From contig JAQFVV010000003.1 of assembly GCA_028023455.1 (NCBI GenBank), forward strand, positions 28,086,001 through 28,150,000: a DNA stretch of 64,000 nt. Reading direction: 5' to 3'. Position numbers and translations under genes: made by a program. Below, in pieces: positions 1-11,405 of the stretch. The notes beneath the pieces are model-generated. The model ran no database searches. It saw only the letters and a list, made by a program, of their open reading frames with translations, and had not been told where the DNA came from. Every line of letters begins with the position of its first letter. Position 1 is the first letter of the stretch. This DNA is from Epiperipatus broadwayi. Lineage: Eukaryota > Animalia > Onychophora.

Positions 1-349
1 ACTTTACTGAAAGGCGCCACTAGATACCTCTTTCTTAAACAAATTGTAATTTAATAGTGTTAAATATTATTAAAAATACTAAAGAAAGAAGTAAAGTTAA
101 GTTTACTATTAAAGTCACAATTACACAAAAATGTTGGGAAGCTATAAATTATAAAATGAAATTCTTCCAACTAATAATAAATATTGGAAATAAAAAGATA
201 AATTTACCCACTGTGAGTTACATTTGGACATTTGTTAATTTGGCATATCAATATTTTATAATTCAAGTAATAATCAATAACAAAAGAAACAAAATTATTA
301 TTAAACAAAGTAATTTATTTAAAAAAAATAAAATAACAATAATGTTATT

Positions 350-1170
350 GTAATAGCTACCAATATCAAAATTGATATTGCCAAACCAAGCCATCCGTGA
401 TCTCAGTACTTAGTAATTCGGTAATCAATACACTGAGAGCTTTAAGACTATGCAATGAGAGAAATGTCTGTTAAATATAAGATTAACTCACTGCTTTCAC
501 ATATATAGTTTAATCTTAACTGTTTTCTATGCTCATTGTTCGCAATCTTTTTAATTTGATTGCAATTGCTGGAATCCATTTGATAATTTCCATGAACATA
601 TGGCATAGGACTTGAGCACCTATTCGCATTTTAGCATTTTTATTTTCATGGTTTGTTCTACAGTTCAAATCTGGTTTCTTACTAACCACACCTAGATAGA
701 TCTTATTAGATTTTATTTTTAGCTGGTTCACTTTAATCACTGTAAAACCCAAGTGATTGAATAAGTCATGACCTAATAAATTGCTATGTTTCCAGCAGAC
801 ACAACAAGAGGCAAATAAATTGTTTTATTAAGGATAGTAACTTTAACTTTTGTTTGACCCAAACATAATATTTGATTGCCTTGATAATTAGTAATCAATC
901 TCCTGGTAGGATGGAAGTGATCATTACTTTTTCTATTAATGATAGCCCACATATTTTTTAAAACAATGGACACTGCAGTTCCAGGATCCAGTTCCACTGT
1001 TATTGGCATATTATTAATAATAATTATGCTTATGAAAACCAAACCAGTACTCAATAATATTTATACAAGCATTGGTGTTTTTATTTGATTTTATATTGCC
1101 TTTCTGGCTTTTTAATTTGATTTTTAGGATAGGCCAGATCAAACTCTTCTAATGAGCAATTGTAGCCATA
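350..1170 (-). mobile_element. Ty3/Gypsy remnant (gag start, aspartic protease, start of pol), internally deleted
   Basis: ORF 773..1054 contains ITVELDPGTAVSIV (D-T/S-G protease motif, degenerate), followed by LLGHDLFNHLG. A gag-like MATIAH.EEFDL sits near 1170. Many stops and frameshifts. Confidence 0.75.
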
Positions 1171-1899
1171 TTGATTTTTTTTTTGTACTGAGAGAGTGAA
1201 TTTTTTTTTTTACCCTGACTTCTTTATAGTTAATGAGTAACCACTCACATTTGATTTTTAAAAAAAAAAATTATTGATGCACTAAGAATATTAGTTGTCA
1301 ATATCCTGTCATAACTACACCAACTGTTGTTTTTATTGCATGATTATGATAAATATAGACTCATAAAATACTATTAAATATTTATTTATTAAAACAAATA
1401 TACAAATGCGTATTTAACATATACAATTGTTATATCTTTGCCTGATATCTTTGGCTTGGTATAGTATTTAATTGATGTTCAACTATTAATGTAAGAGACT
1501 TCAGATACTCTTAGATTTACTTATCACTTCAAACTGTATTATGAAGCTTGCTTTGTGTCTAATCTAGGTTCTCGCAGCTTTCAGTTCTAACAAACTTTCC
1601 TCACTGCTTTAACCATATAGTGGATAATGAACCTACTGCCATTCAGATTTGATAGTAAGTTATTTTCTTTACTTTCAACTGGACTGATGATAGCCATATT
1701 CTTCCACAATGAAAATAATTGAATTCACTACGCATCATTATCCATTAGTCTGTTTTTACCATTCGATGTTATCTATTCATATATCTATTGGTCCATGGCA
1801 ATGAATGCTCAGTCCAATCAAGATAAGATGGAATCTGGATTAGTGTTTCAGTTGAAGATAAGTTGAGATAGAACAACTATCATCTTTATTATATTCTGT

Positions 1900-4400
1900 C
1901 ATTATCGATTCACTTCAGGACAAAAGTCTCTTCAATTTTAATTCAGTTATTCCAATATTTAATTTCTCTACATTACACCAGCAACTTCCTTATTTCATCT
2001 ATTCAGCTCATGTATGGTCTTTTTATAGATTGTTTATAATCTTTTAGGATTCAGTTTTTTAATTGTTTCAGTGATTTCAGTGATACCTGTTTGTTCTCTC
2101 ACTTATATATTTTGTTTTTGATTTCTTCTTGTTACTCCTAACATACTTCTTTATAATTTATTGAAAAGTCTGAAGTCTCTGCATTGCTTTTCTGTTAAAT
2201 GTCCAAGTCTCTGATCCATAAATAAGAACTTGGAAAATATCTATTAAAAATTTTTCAAATACCAAATGCATTCCTTCCAAGTTTAATTCCATGGATAATT
2301 TCATTCATTGTGTTTCTATCTATGTTAATGATCTGATCAAAGTATTTGCAGTTATCATGTTTTTCTAATTTATGATTATCAATTTTTATTTTCTTCTGAG
2401 AAAATCCATTGAATACTACTTTAGTAGTATTTTAGTATTTATCTTTAGTCTTATTTTCATCTGATAATTTTTGCAACTGAAATTCTGAAGTATTATTTGC
2501 AAAAATAACAGTAACATCAGCAGAATTTAGATGACTTAAATAATTTTATTCATTTTTACTTTCTTAACTTTCTATTTTAATTCACAATGTAAAACTTCTG
2601 TAAAAAGTTTCAGAGATATAGAACCACCTTGATGTACACTTTTCTTGATAATAATCTTCTTCCAATGTTTTAATCACTGTAGAAATGCTAACTGGATCAA
2701 CTTATTTTCGTAATCTGCAAATCCAAAGAATAATTGCAACTCGTATTTACTGAATGGATTATTGTAACTTTTCTAAATACTTAATCATAATCCATTATAC
2801 TAAAATAACTTTTAAAGCCAGTTTATTCTTTTGGTTTGTTATAATCAAAAGTTTGCTGGAGACAAATTGGTAAAGATTTTGTACTATACTGATAGATGAC
2901 TGATAAGTTTATAATATGTAATATCTTTATTATTTTGTTTAAATATCAATATTATTATTGTATTTTTTCAATCATCTGATGCATGTTTATCATTTAGACA
3001 TATGGTATATTTCTTTGCCAACCACTTTTTTATATTCTTTGCCAACAACTTTTTTATTTCTTCATCTGCTTTTAAAATATCAATAATAATTTCATTATTT
3101 CCTGGAGCTTTTTCTTTTTATAGATTTAATTACATGTTTCATTTCATTTTAAAATGATGCATATGAGATACTTATTTCTTGTTTTTTATTACTATATAAT
3201 TCTTTCTAGAACTCTTTCACACCTATCATGATGCCATCGCTCTTTTAATAGCTCCATCTTTTCTTCCTGTTACAGAGATACCTTTTGTTCTGTATCAAAA
3301 TGGGGTTTTACAATTTTGAAACTTTTCTTCTCTTATAGCTTTGCTTGCCAATTTCACTATTATATTTTCTTATTTCATTATTAACTTTTTTTTTCCTGTA
3401 TTTATAAAAAAAAAAAATTCATTTTACTTCATTTTTTTCAAATATTCTTTTGTTTCAGTAGAACATTTACTAGTAAATTGCTGCTTTTTTGTACTAGTTA
3501 TCTTATTGATTTCAGTCAAATCTGAACCATTTTTAAAGTCTGTTAATATTTTAAAATGATTTGCAACTTCTTATTTAAATTTATTGGAGTAATTTTGAAG
3601 ATTAGGAATATCAATTGTGCCTTTCTTAGTAGTTTTGGCCTCTAGTTTTGCATTAACATGTTTCATCTCATTAATTGATCCTCTCTTCCTGGGTTGAATT
3701 TATTAAGAACATTACAATGCAAAATACATATTTTTTGTTAGTTAAAATAAATCTAATTTTGCTATACCTTCATTTGGGTGTTTCCATGATCATGTCAATT
3801 TAGCATTTTTGTCAGAAAAAGAATTTATGACATAGTTTTTTTGCTAACTCCTCAAGTTTGTGGCCTCTGTCATTTCTCTCACAGTAATCAAATTTATCTC
3901 TTGCACTTTCATCTTTTAATATTTTATTAATTATAGTATTATAGTTTACCATGATAATTTTACAAATATTGTTTTTTTTTGATCAAAAGCATTTTGTATA
4001 TCCGTATAAAATCCCTTGTTTCTTTATCACAATGAGACCTTGTTAGGACATAAACCTGCATTATCTGCATTTGATATCATTCATTAAGTTGATTAATCAA
4101 TCTTGCCACTCTGGTAGATGTATCATCAATATCCACAATGTTGTTTTTCCACTTTTAATTTATAATGGCTCTCATTCGATTTGTGCCTATATAGTAAAGT
4201 ATATGTTCACTTTTAAAATCACTTGCCTTTTTATCTTTTCTTCTAACTTCATGAAGTTCATCAATATCCCATTAAATATTAGATAGTTTTTCCAACTCAT
4301 TCAATCTTCCTTTACTTGAAAGTGATGTGCAATTTTGGTATCTAAATAAAAGATTATCATCACATAGGAGACTAGGTTAACTGCCTTCAGTTAATCAACT
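1900..4400 (-). mobile_element. Degenerate RTE-clade LINE (RT and probable endonuclease region)
   Basis: 2170-2360 and 2600-2640 align by eye with the RTE copy at 62700-63230 (tgtccaagtctc.gatcc..aaataagaact; GVRQG-like region). KAPG-like and YKIFT-like segments at 2820-3110. Ends are approximate. Confidence 0.7.
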
Positions 4401-5340
4401 GCTAGAATTATAGTCCTTATTTTAATTTTTTCTATCATAAAGTAAATGTTCATTATATAAAAGATCATACGCACACACATTCATTCTCCTTCTAACTCAA
4501 CTCAAATATTTCAGTTTAAAACTATTAGAAAACTTAAAAGAAAGACCATGATGTTTTATTATCATAATCTCGGAGGCAAAAAGCCAATTAACTCACCATG
4601 TTGGTTGATGTGTGTTAATGAGCAGCTCATCCATTTTTGTTTATTATAGGAACAATCACATAATAATAAATGCAATGACTTGAATTTATGGAATGGACAT
4701 TAGGAATTTGCCCTGTTTGATTAAGATCTCAAAGAGGAATGAAAGGGTCTGCAAACTTTTTTCTGTAGTACGTATTAACCATATATGTACGGATGTCAAC
4801 TTTTAAAAACACAAGACTAGATTATGTTTGATTTTTTTTTTAAAATCCAATTTTTTTCATAATTAATTTTTAACAGCCATGCAGTAGTGCCACAAAGTGC
4901 AAGCCATTGTAATCAATGAATGGGGAAGGTTTGTGCATAAAATCCCTTGGATTTGACTGGACCTAGATCGTAGGATCTAATACAACCCCTGAACAGCCAT
5001 CATTTACCCATTTGGTTAATTATAAAGCTAGGAGGCAAGATGAAAACACAATAATGGTTTTCAACTCAAGCTCATTTGCTTGTATAGTCATATAGATCTG
5101 AACTCAGTTCAGCATCTATAGATTTTGATGTCTGGTTTTTGAAAAATCACAGTCACTATTATTTGGGCAAGATGGGTATAAAACCATCAAAACATCACAT
5201 GATCACCATTTCATTTGCTTATACAGGTTGTTAATAACAGTAGTAAACTCTCCATACAGTAGTGCCACCAAGTTTAATCCTTCCTAATCAATGGATGCAG
5301 GAAAGTTTGTGCATAAAATTCCTATCTAGTGTGCCTACTC

Positions 5341-5399
5341 ATCCAATATTCCCAGACTAGTTCCTAGCTTGTGGCTTTCATCACTGGGGAGCATTGGAT
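5341..5399 (-). ncRNA. Minimal type I hammerhead ribozyme, degenerate core
   Basis: Minus strand: atccaatgctcccca-GTGATGA-aagccacaagctag-GAACTAGTC-tgggaatattggat. Core altered at C3 and in GAAA. Confidence 0.7.
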
Positions 5400-5554
5400 T
5401 TGAAAGCACTGCTCCCAGATCTTAGAATCTAATGCAACCCTTCTGCAGCTACCTTTTACCTATTTGGTTAATTATAAAACTAAGAGCCCAAGATGAAAAC
5501 ACAATAATATTTGCATTAGATCCTAAGATCAAAGTGCAGTTCTCTCAAATACAA

Positions 5555-5599
5555 GGCTCTTCACTGATGAAAGTCACAAGCTAGAAACTAGTCTGGGGA
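5555..5599 (+). ncRNA. Minimal type I hammerhead ribozyme, intact core
   Basis: gctcttca-CTGATGA(5564-5570)-aagtcacaagcta-GAAACTAGTC-tgggga. Palindromic helix III ACTAGT, GUC cleavage triplet; helix II is weak. Confidence 0.8.
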
Positions 5600-5970
5600 T
5601 ATTAAATGAGTAGGCACTAAATAGGGATTTTATGCTCAAACCTTTCTACATTCATTGACAATGAAGACTTGGTGGCACTTCTGTATTAAGAGTTTGTTAT
5701 TGTTTTTAACAGTCTGCGTAAACTTATGAAATAGTAATCATGTGGTGTATTGGTAGTTTTATACCTATCCTGCTCATAGGATAATGGTGACCATGGTCGC
5801 TGAACTGAGTTCAGATCTATATGACTATACCTTGCAAATGAGCTTGAATTGGAAACATTATTGTGTTTTTATCTTGGCCTTATAGCTTTATAGTTAACCA
5901 AATATGTAAATGTTGGCTGTTGAAGGATTGCATTAGATCCTAAGATCTATGCACAGTACTCTCAAATATA

Positions 5971-6020
5971 AGGTTTCTCACTGATGGAAGTCACAATCTA
6001 GAAACTAGTCTGGTGATATT
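5971..6020 (+). ncRNA. Minimal type I hammerhead ribozyme, degenerate (CTGATGG)
   Basis: ttctca-CTGATGG-aagtcacaatcta-GAAACTAGTC-tggtga. Confidence 0.7.
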
Positions 6021-6101
6021 AGATGAGTAGGTCCTGCATCCATTGATCATGAAGGATTGCACTTGGAGGCACTACTGTATGAATGAGTTTGCTACTGTTA
6101 T

Positions 6102-6468
6102 ACACAAAAGGAGAAATATAGGTGATTTATTCTACAAGTTATGTAAGGAAGTCATAGAAAATTTTAAAGCATCCACTGATTGAATGTAAATACTTACAAG
6201 CAGAAAGGATAAAAATAATGTTGTGAGAGAATACAGAAAGTGGGTCTTTATTCTGGGTTTGGAAAAAGATAAGGGGATTCTAGATATAAAGATCATAGAG
6301 TGGACAAAAATTGTTGTGTAAAATGGGATGAAGCATGATAGAGAAGAATATAGGACAAACATACCGTGGTGAATGGAAAGGGAAAATAAGGTGGCTAACA
6401 GGTTTTTCTGGGCTTAGTGGCTAAGACATTCCTGACTTTGATAAAGGAATAGCCATATCACACCACAT
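6102..6468 (+). mobile_element. Probable PLE 3' fragment nested in the retrozyme cassette
   Basis: Flanked by 9-bp direct repeat tactgttat (6093-6101, 6469-6477), and the monomer resumes exactly after it. One frame reads ILTSRKDKNNVVREYRKWVFILGLEKDKGILDIKIIEWTKIV, resembling a PLE GIY-YIG C-terminal segment. Confidence 0.55.
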
Positions 6469-7366
6469 TACTGTTATTAACAGCCTGTGTAAACATATGA
6501 AATGGAGACCATGTGATAATTAATTTTACTTTTTTTATAAAATAATTAATTTAATAATATTCCTTATTTTATATTTTAATTCATCAAATATGATTTTATC
6601 ATTATTCTAAATATCTTTTCAGTTTATAAGGCTGTATTTATTTTTGTCAATTAGTTGAGTTTTGGTTTCTCATTCTGTTTTTTTATTAATTAAATTATTG
6701 GGAATATGATTCAAGCCTTTATTAATTTTATTTCTTTTTTATTATATTTTATATTAATTTAGTTAAGAAGAAATTTATTCTTATTAATATTTTTATTGTT
6801 AAAATTTTTTTACATTTTTTAATCAAATCATTTATCTTTAATACTTTGCTCAAGCACAAAATTCATTTTCTTCACATGATTATTTTTAATAATATATTTT
6901 TAAATTATTATTTTTTTTATACAAATATTCCTAATTTTTTTTTTTTTTTCATTTAATGCCGTTAATCTTTTTATTTTATTATATATATAACTTTAATATT
7001 GTAGATCAGTTTTTATTTTTCTTTATAAAGCATATTAATAAATTCTTTCCTCAAATTTTTTAATGTTTTATTTATAAAAAAAATTTTCTCACATTATTAA
7101 GTTTTATAAAATTTTATTTATTCTGATGTTCGAATCTTCATCATATAAAAATTGCCATTTTTTTTTTCAATTCTCATATCTTTTGCTTTAATTTTTTAGA
7201 ATAGTATTTAAATAAAATGTAAAAATATGTATACAAAAAATGTTTTTTCTTCTTTTCTTTTTTTTTTTCAAGTTAGTTCGGTTATACATATATAAAATTC
7301 CAACATCCTTTTTTTAAAAAAATACACAAATATCAATATTAATCATAAATAAAAACTTGTAAACCT

Positions 7367-7407
7367 TTTGGCTTGCACTTAGTGGCACTACTGTATGGAG
7401 AGTTTAA
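7367..7407. repeat. Short dispersed fragment of the retrozyme monomer
   Basis: ggcttgcacttagtggcactactgtatggagagttt is the reverse complement of the monomer segment aaactctccatacagtagtgccac.aagtgcaagcc. Confidence 0.75.
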
Positions 7408-9090
7408 CCTCGGTGTAAATAAAAACTTGATTGTACTATGATACAGTTTTTACATTTTGTAAGAGAGAGTGTCATATATATTTACAAAGACATTTCAGAG
7501 CCATAATTGGCTTCTATATTTATGTAATATAATGATGAAGTTTCATGAATCAGGCTTCAGAATTTGAAATTTTTTCCTATCTAACTAAAAATTTTACAAG
7601 CAAATTATGATTGTTTCAAATATCTGAATCGGCCAGTGTTGATTTGTAATTGTATATTTAGAAATTTTTAATTAAAATGCAAAAGTTCCAAAATAATTTA
7701 GGTTGATCAACTGAACCAAATGCCTTATTATATAAATAAATACCATGTTGATTTTTTTCTAATATTCACTATCCTTTTCATTTATCCTTATACATTATAT
7801 TTTAGCAATTATGTTTAATTTCTTATTCATTCCAGAAATCAGCTTATTCTTCTTTCATAGCAAGGCTGGTTTTGTTCTAAATAAAATCTTACTTGCATGT
7901 AGTATGTTGTTAGATAGTTTATAGCATATTTTAAGACATTTAAGATTTATATGTCAAACTATAATGGATTGTGTTATCTATGTTTATAATTAAATCCAAT
8001 CTGTTGAGTTCTAAATATATCATAAAAATAATATTGATCACAAATATGCTGAAACTCGAAAGGTTACATGAAAAAATTCCAGGACATAATTGCAAACAAT
8101 CATTAAACCATAAGTTGGTTTATCAGTTACATTATTTTCTCTGCAAAATTGTAGCAATTTATATTATTGAATTAGAAACTGGCAATTTTCATTTAGTTTA
8201 CATATACTTTTATTGGTCATTTCAAATGGACAAATTTCTAGTTTAAAAATTGTCCATAATGTTGTCTTCATTACAAAAGTTAATATTTTACTCAATTTTA
8301 AACAAAATTGATAATAAATAACTTAAAAATAAATAAAATTTATTTAAAATATCAAAGCAGTTTTCATTTTTTATAGGAATCCTATCAAAATGTCTCCTTT
8401 TAATAATCATGACAAACTTTTCTATAGTAGCTCTGTCCAATAAACATCATTCACGTTATAATATATTAGAAACATTAAAAGTTAAATATATATGTAAAGA
8501 TTAATAAAATTATTAATTAGATAGTAATAATCTTGTATTTATTTGTTAATCTATATAAATATATATATATATTACTCTTAATGTTTTTAATGTATTATAA
8601 TTTGAATAATGTCACTGGATGGAGTTGCTATAGAATTCTTTGTCATGTGATTATTAAATGGAGACTTCTTGATGAGATTCATATAAGGAAAGAAAACTGT
8701 TTTGATGATTTTAATAAATGTTACTTATTTTTAAGTTGTTTATTATTAATTTTGTAAACTTTTATTATTATATTTAAAATTAACATCTCAGAATTATAAA
8801 TAATTAAAATACAGATTATTTTCTTTAAATTTCGATTCTTAAACCATTATTGCCTCTCTTCATAAAATCATCCATCAAAATTTTACTTTTTTCTAACATT
8901 TTTTTATTATATGCCTATATTTATGAATGTGCTCCAATCTCTTCCTTTTTTAAAAAAACTTACATATATTCCTTTTTCCACCATATTTTTACTGTCATTA
9001 TTCTTAACTCTTGTTATTGTAATATGTCAAGATTAAAATATTGCAATTATGTTTTTCTTTCACCATGATATTATTTTTTTTATGTTTTAG

Positions 9091-9256
9091 TGAAATAGAA
9101 GAAATTAGTCCTCAGTTGCGGATAATTTATCAATCTTTATCACTGAGTTTTTTTGTTGGAGGTATGTGTGGATGCTTTGTTGGAACTCGTGGCATTTATG
9201 AAGATTTTGTCAGGGCAAATGAGGCTTCTATTTACCTGAATACAAGAGATGCACAG
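9091..9256 (+). CDS. TIMMDC1: Internal exon of TIMMDC1 / 140up (complex I assembly factor, Tim17/22 family)
   Basis: 166-nt exon bounded by ttttag| and |gtattt (phase 2 in, phase 0 out). Encodes EIEEISPQLRIIYQSLSLSFFVGGMCGCFVGTRGIYEDFVRANEASIYLNTRDAQ, which aligns ungapped (from memory) to human EQQRISKDL...AEIYHNRFDAV and fly DEFGSISSEL...ATAFKSHFDAK. Other exons not identified. Confidence 0.8.
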
Positions 9257-11405
9257 GTATTTTTTAATGATTATCAATAATAAATATCAGTAATTAATTT
9301 TTTTTTTTTTTTAAAAAAAAATTCAAATGTAGCTTAGTCAATTACTGAATGTGTGACACAGCATTGGTATTCAATTATTTGCATAAATAGAATCAATATA
9401 TAATATCACAAATAATAGTCACTGAAGAAAAAAACATACATAAATTTAAAATCTTTACTCACTCAGTAATCATTATAAAAATATAATATTTGAATTCTAA
9501 TGTCTTTAAAGAAAAAAAAATGTAATAACCATAGCTAATTGAAAAATACATTTTAAGAAATAATATTCATGTAATTATAGAAAAGTTGTATATTATGATC
9601 ACTTAAAATACAGTAAATTAAGATATATCTGTAATAATACAGTTTGTTTCTTGTATTCATACCATTTATTTCCAAGTTCTTCAAAATTTGGAAATAGTCA
9701 CTGATTTTATGTATTTTAAACTTGTATATATATATATAAAGTAGAGACACTTTTAGCATATATACCAGGGGTGGCCAAGATGTCAACTGCGAAACTGAGA
9801 TGAACATTGACAAATTATAATGATAAATTCAGAGCTGATTTGAATATAAAAAATAAAAAAAGTAAAAATTCAAACTTATTCTCATTTAAAAATAGGTAAA
9901 TTTAAAATAACACCTGTTGTTATTGTCGATCTCACATTGGAAGAAGCTGGAAAGAATTAAATTATTTTTGTGTAAAAAGCTAGAGCAAAAATTTTTTGAA
10001 ATATTTAATTGCTGTTTTCCTGAGGAGAAATGAAAATAATTTGTCCTGGAGAAACAAGGATTTTAACGAACTGATTTTAAAACAAAGAAGTTGTGAACTT
10101 TTTAAAACACTTCATCTAGAAGATTTAAAAAAAAATAGGACTTTTTCCTATCTACGAAAAAAAATAGGTGTCAAAACAAGAAACTAACTCTATGTTTAAT
10201 TATTGTACAGATTGTTAGCAGAGAAAATGTGGGAATTTTCCAGAACTTTTGTAAAATATTATTTTTATAGTTATGTTTTTTTTTTCTCTAGCAAATTTTT
10301 GATGCTATGCTAGGAGGGGGGTGGGTTTTAAATTTCCCTACTTGTATTTACTTATTAATTATACAAGTGAATCAAAAAATACAAAAAACAAAAGTTTTAT
10401 AAAAATCAAAAAATAAATTCAGAATTTATTATATTTTGGTAAAAATATTAATTGATTAACTTTAATTATGTATAAGTTATAAAGCCATGTTTAATTACTC
10501 CAGAAAAAAGAGAACAGAAAGAAAGTTAAATATAAAAAGTTGTTTTAAGTAAAGAGCAATGAAAAAAGATTGCTGAATGATAAAATAAAATGGGAATGAT
10601 AATTCAGTAAATGTCTGTTAGATTAATTGTAGAAAAAAGATAGCATTATTAAATTAGACCAGAAAGCTATTTTTAAAACTAATTAAACAAAAGAGTAAAG
10701 AAGAATTGTTAGTTCAGTACAATTAATATCGAAAAGACTAATTGCAGTGGAAGGAATATGCACCTATGCAATTAAAGCTTAATGAATATTTTTGGTAAAA
10801 GACTTAAATCTATCATGGAGTAGCCCAAAGAAAAATAATGATCATCAATTATAATATTAATACCGAATATGAAACAGAGATAGATATAAATAGTGTGTGC
10901 TGAAAAGAGCAATGTGCTTTTTTTACTTTTCATGAATGCTGCTGTCGCATATATTAGACTTTTGAAAAAGTATTGGAGAGTGAAATCTGCCTGGACAGTT
11001 ATAGCAATTTTCCGTCATGAGGGAATTATCCCATAGACCATGTCTCTGTAGGTATCAATAGCTGGATAGGCAAAAACGGATCACAAATCATTTTATTTCT
11101 GTAAGCCTGACGTGCTTCAGTAGGTGCAGAGAAAGACTATAAGTATAAATAACTTGTAATTGTTTAAACTCAGGCCTAAGAATATTGATGGCTGATGTTA
11201 GTCTATTATCAGCGGTGAATATTAGTATTTATGGAAAATAGTAATTAGAATCAAAGACTTATTGATCACGTTTGTAAATGCTGAACTTTTAGAGATATGT
11301 GTTTAAAAGTTAATAAATATTTTTTCATCTTTATTAGTGATAATTTTCTTTAGACTTGTATTTTTTTGGTTATTTGTTGGAAAGTGAATACACAACAGGA
11401 TTTCA

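Larger units (their letters stand above)
4871..6515. mobile_element. Retrozyme-like fold-back cassette 1 (tandem ~450-bp HHR monomers, left arm minus, right arm plus)
   Basis: Monomer landmark cagtagtgcc at 4882 and 5257; inversion near 5510; reverse-oriented monomers 5510-6100 and 6469-6515. Flanked by 12-bp direct repeat ataattaatttt (4859-4870, 6516-6527). Confidence 0.85.

Noticed and set aside
6530-7340. Very T-rich stretch as a mitochondrial insertion (NUMT)
   Set aside because: No recognisable mitochondrial gene, tRNA or rRNA motif; low complexity only.
8600-8730. VTGWSCYRIL as the upstream TIMMDC1 exon (TGWDRL-like)
   Set aside because: Only TGW matches and there is no suitable phase-2 donor. 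The downstream RLLDEIHIRK looks more like a decayed PLE endonuclease tail.
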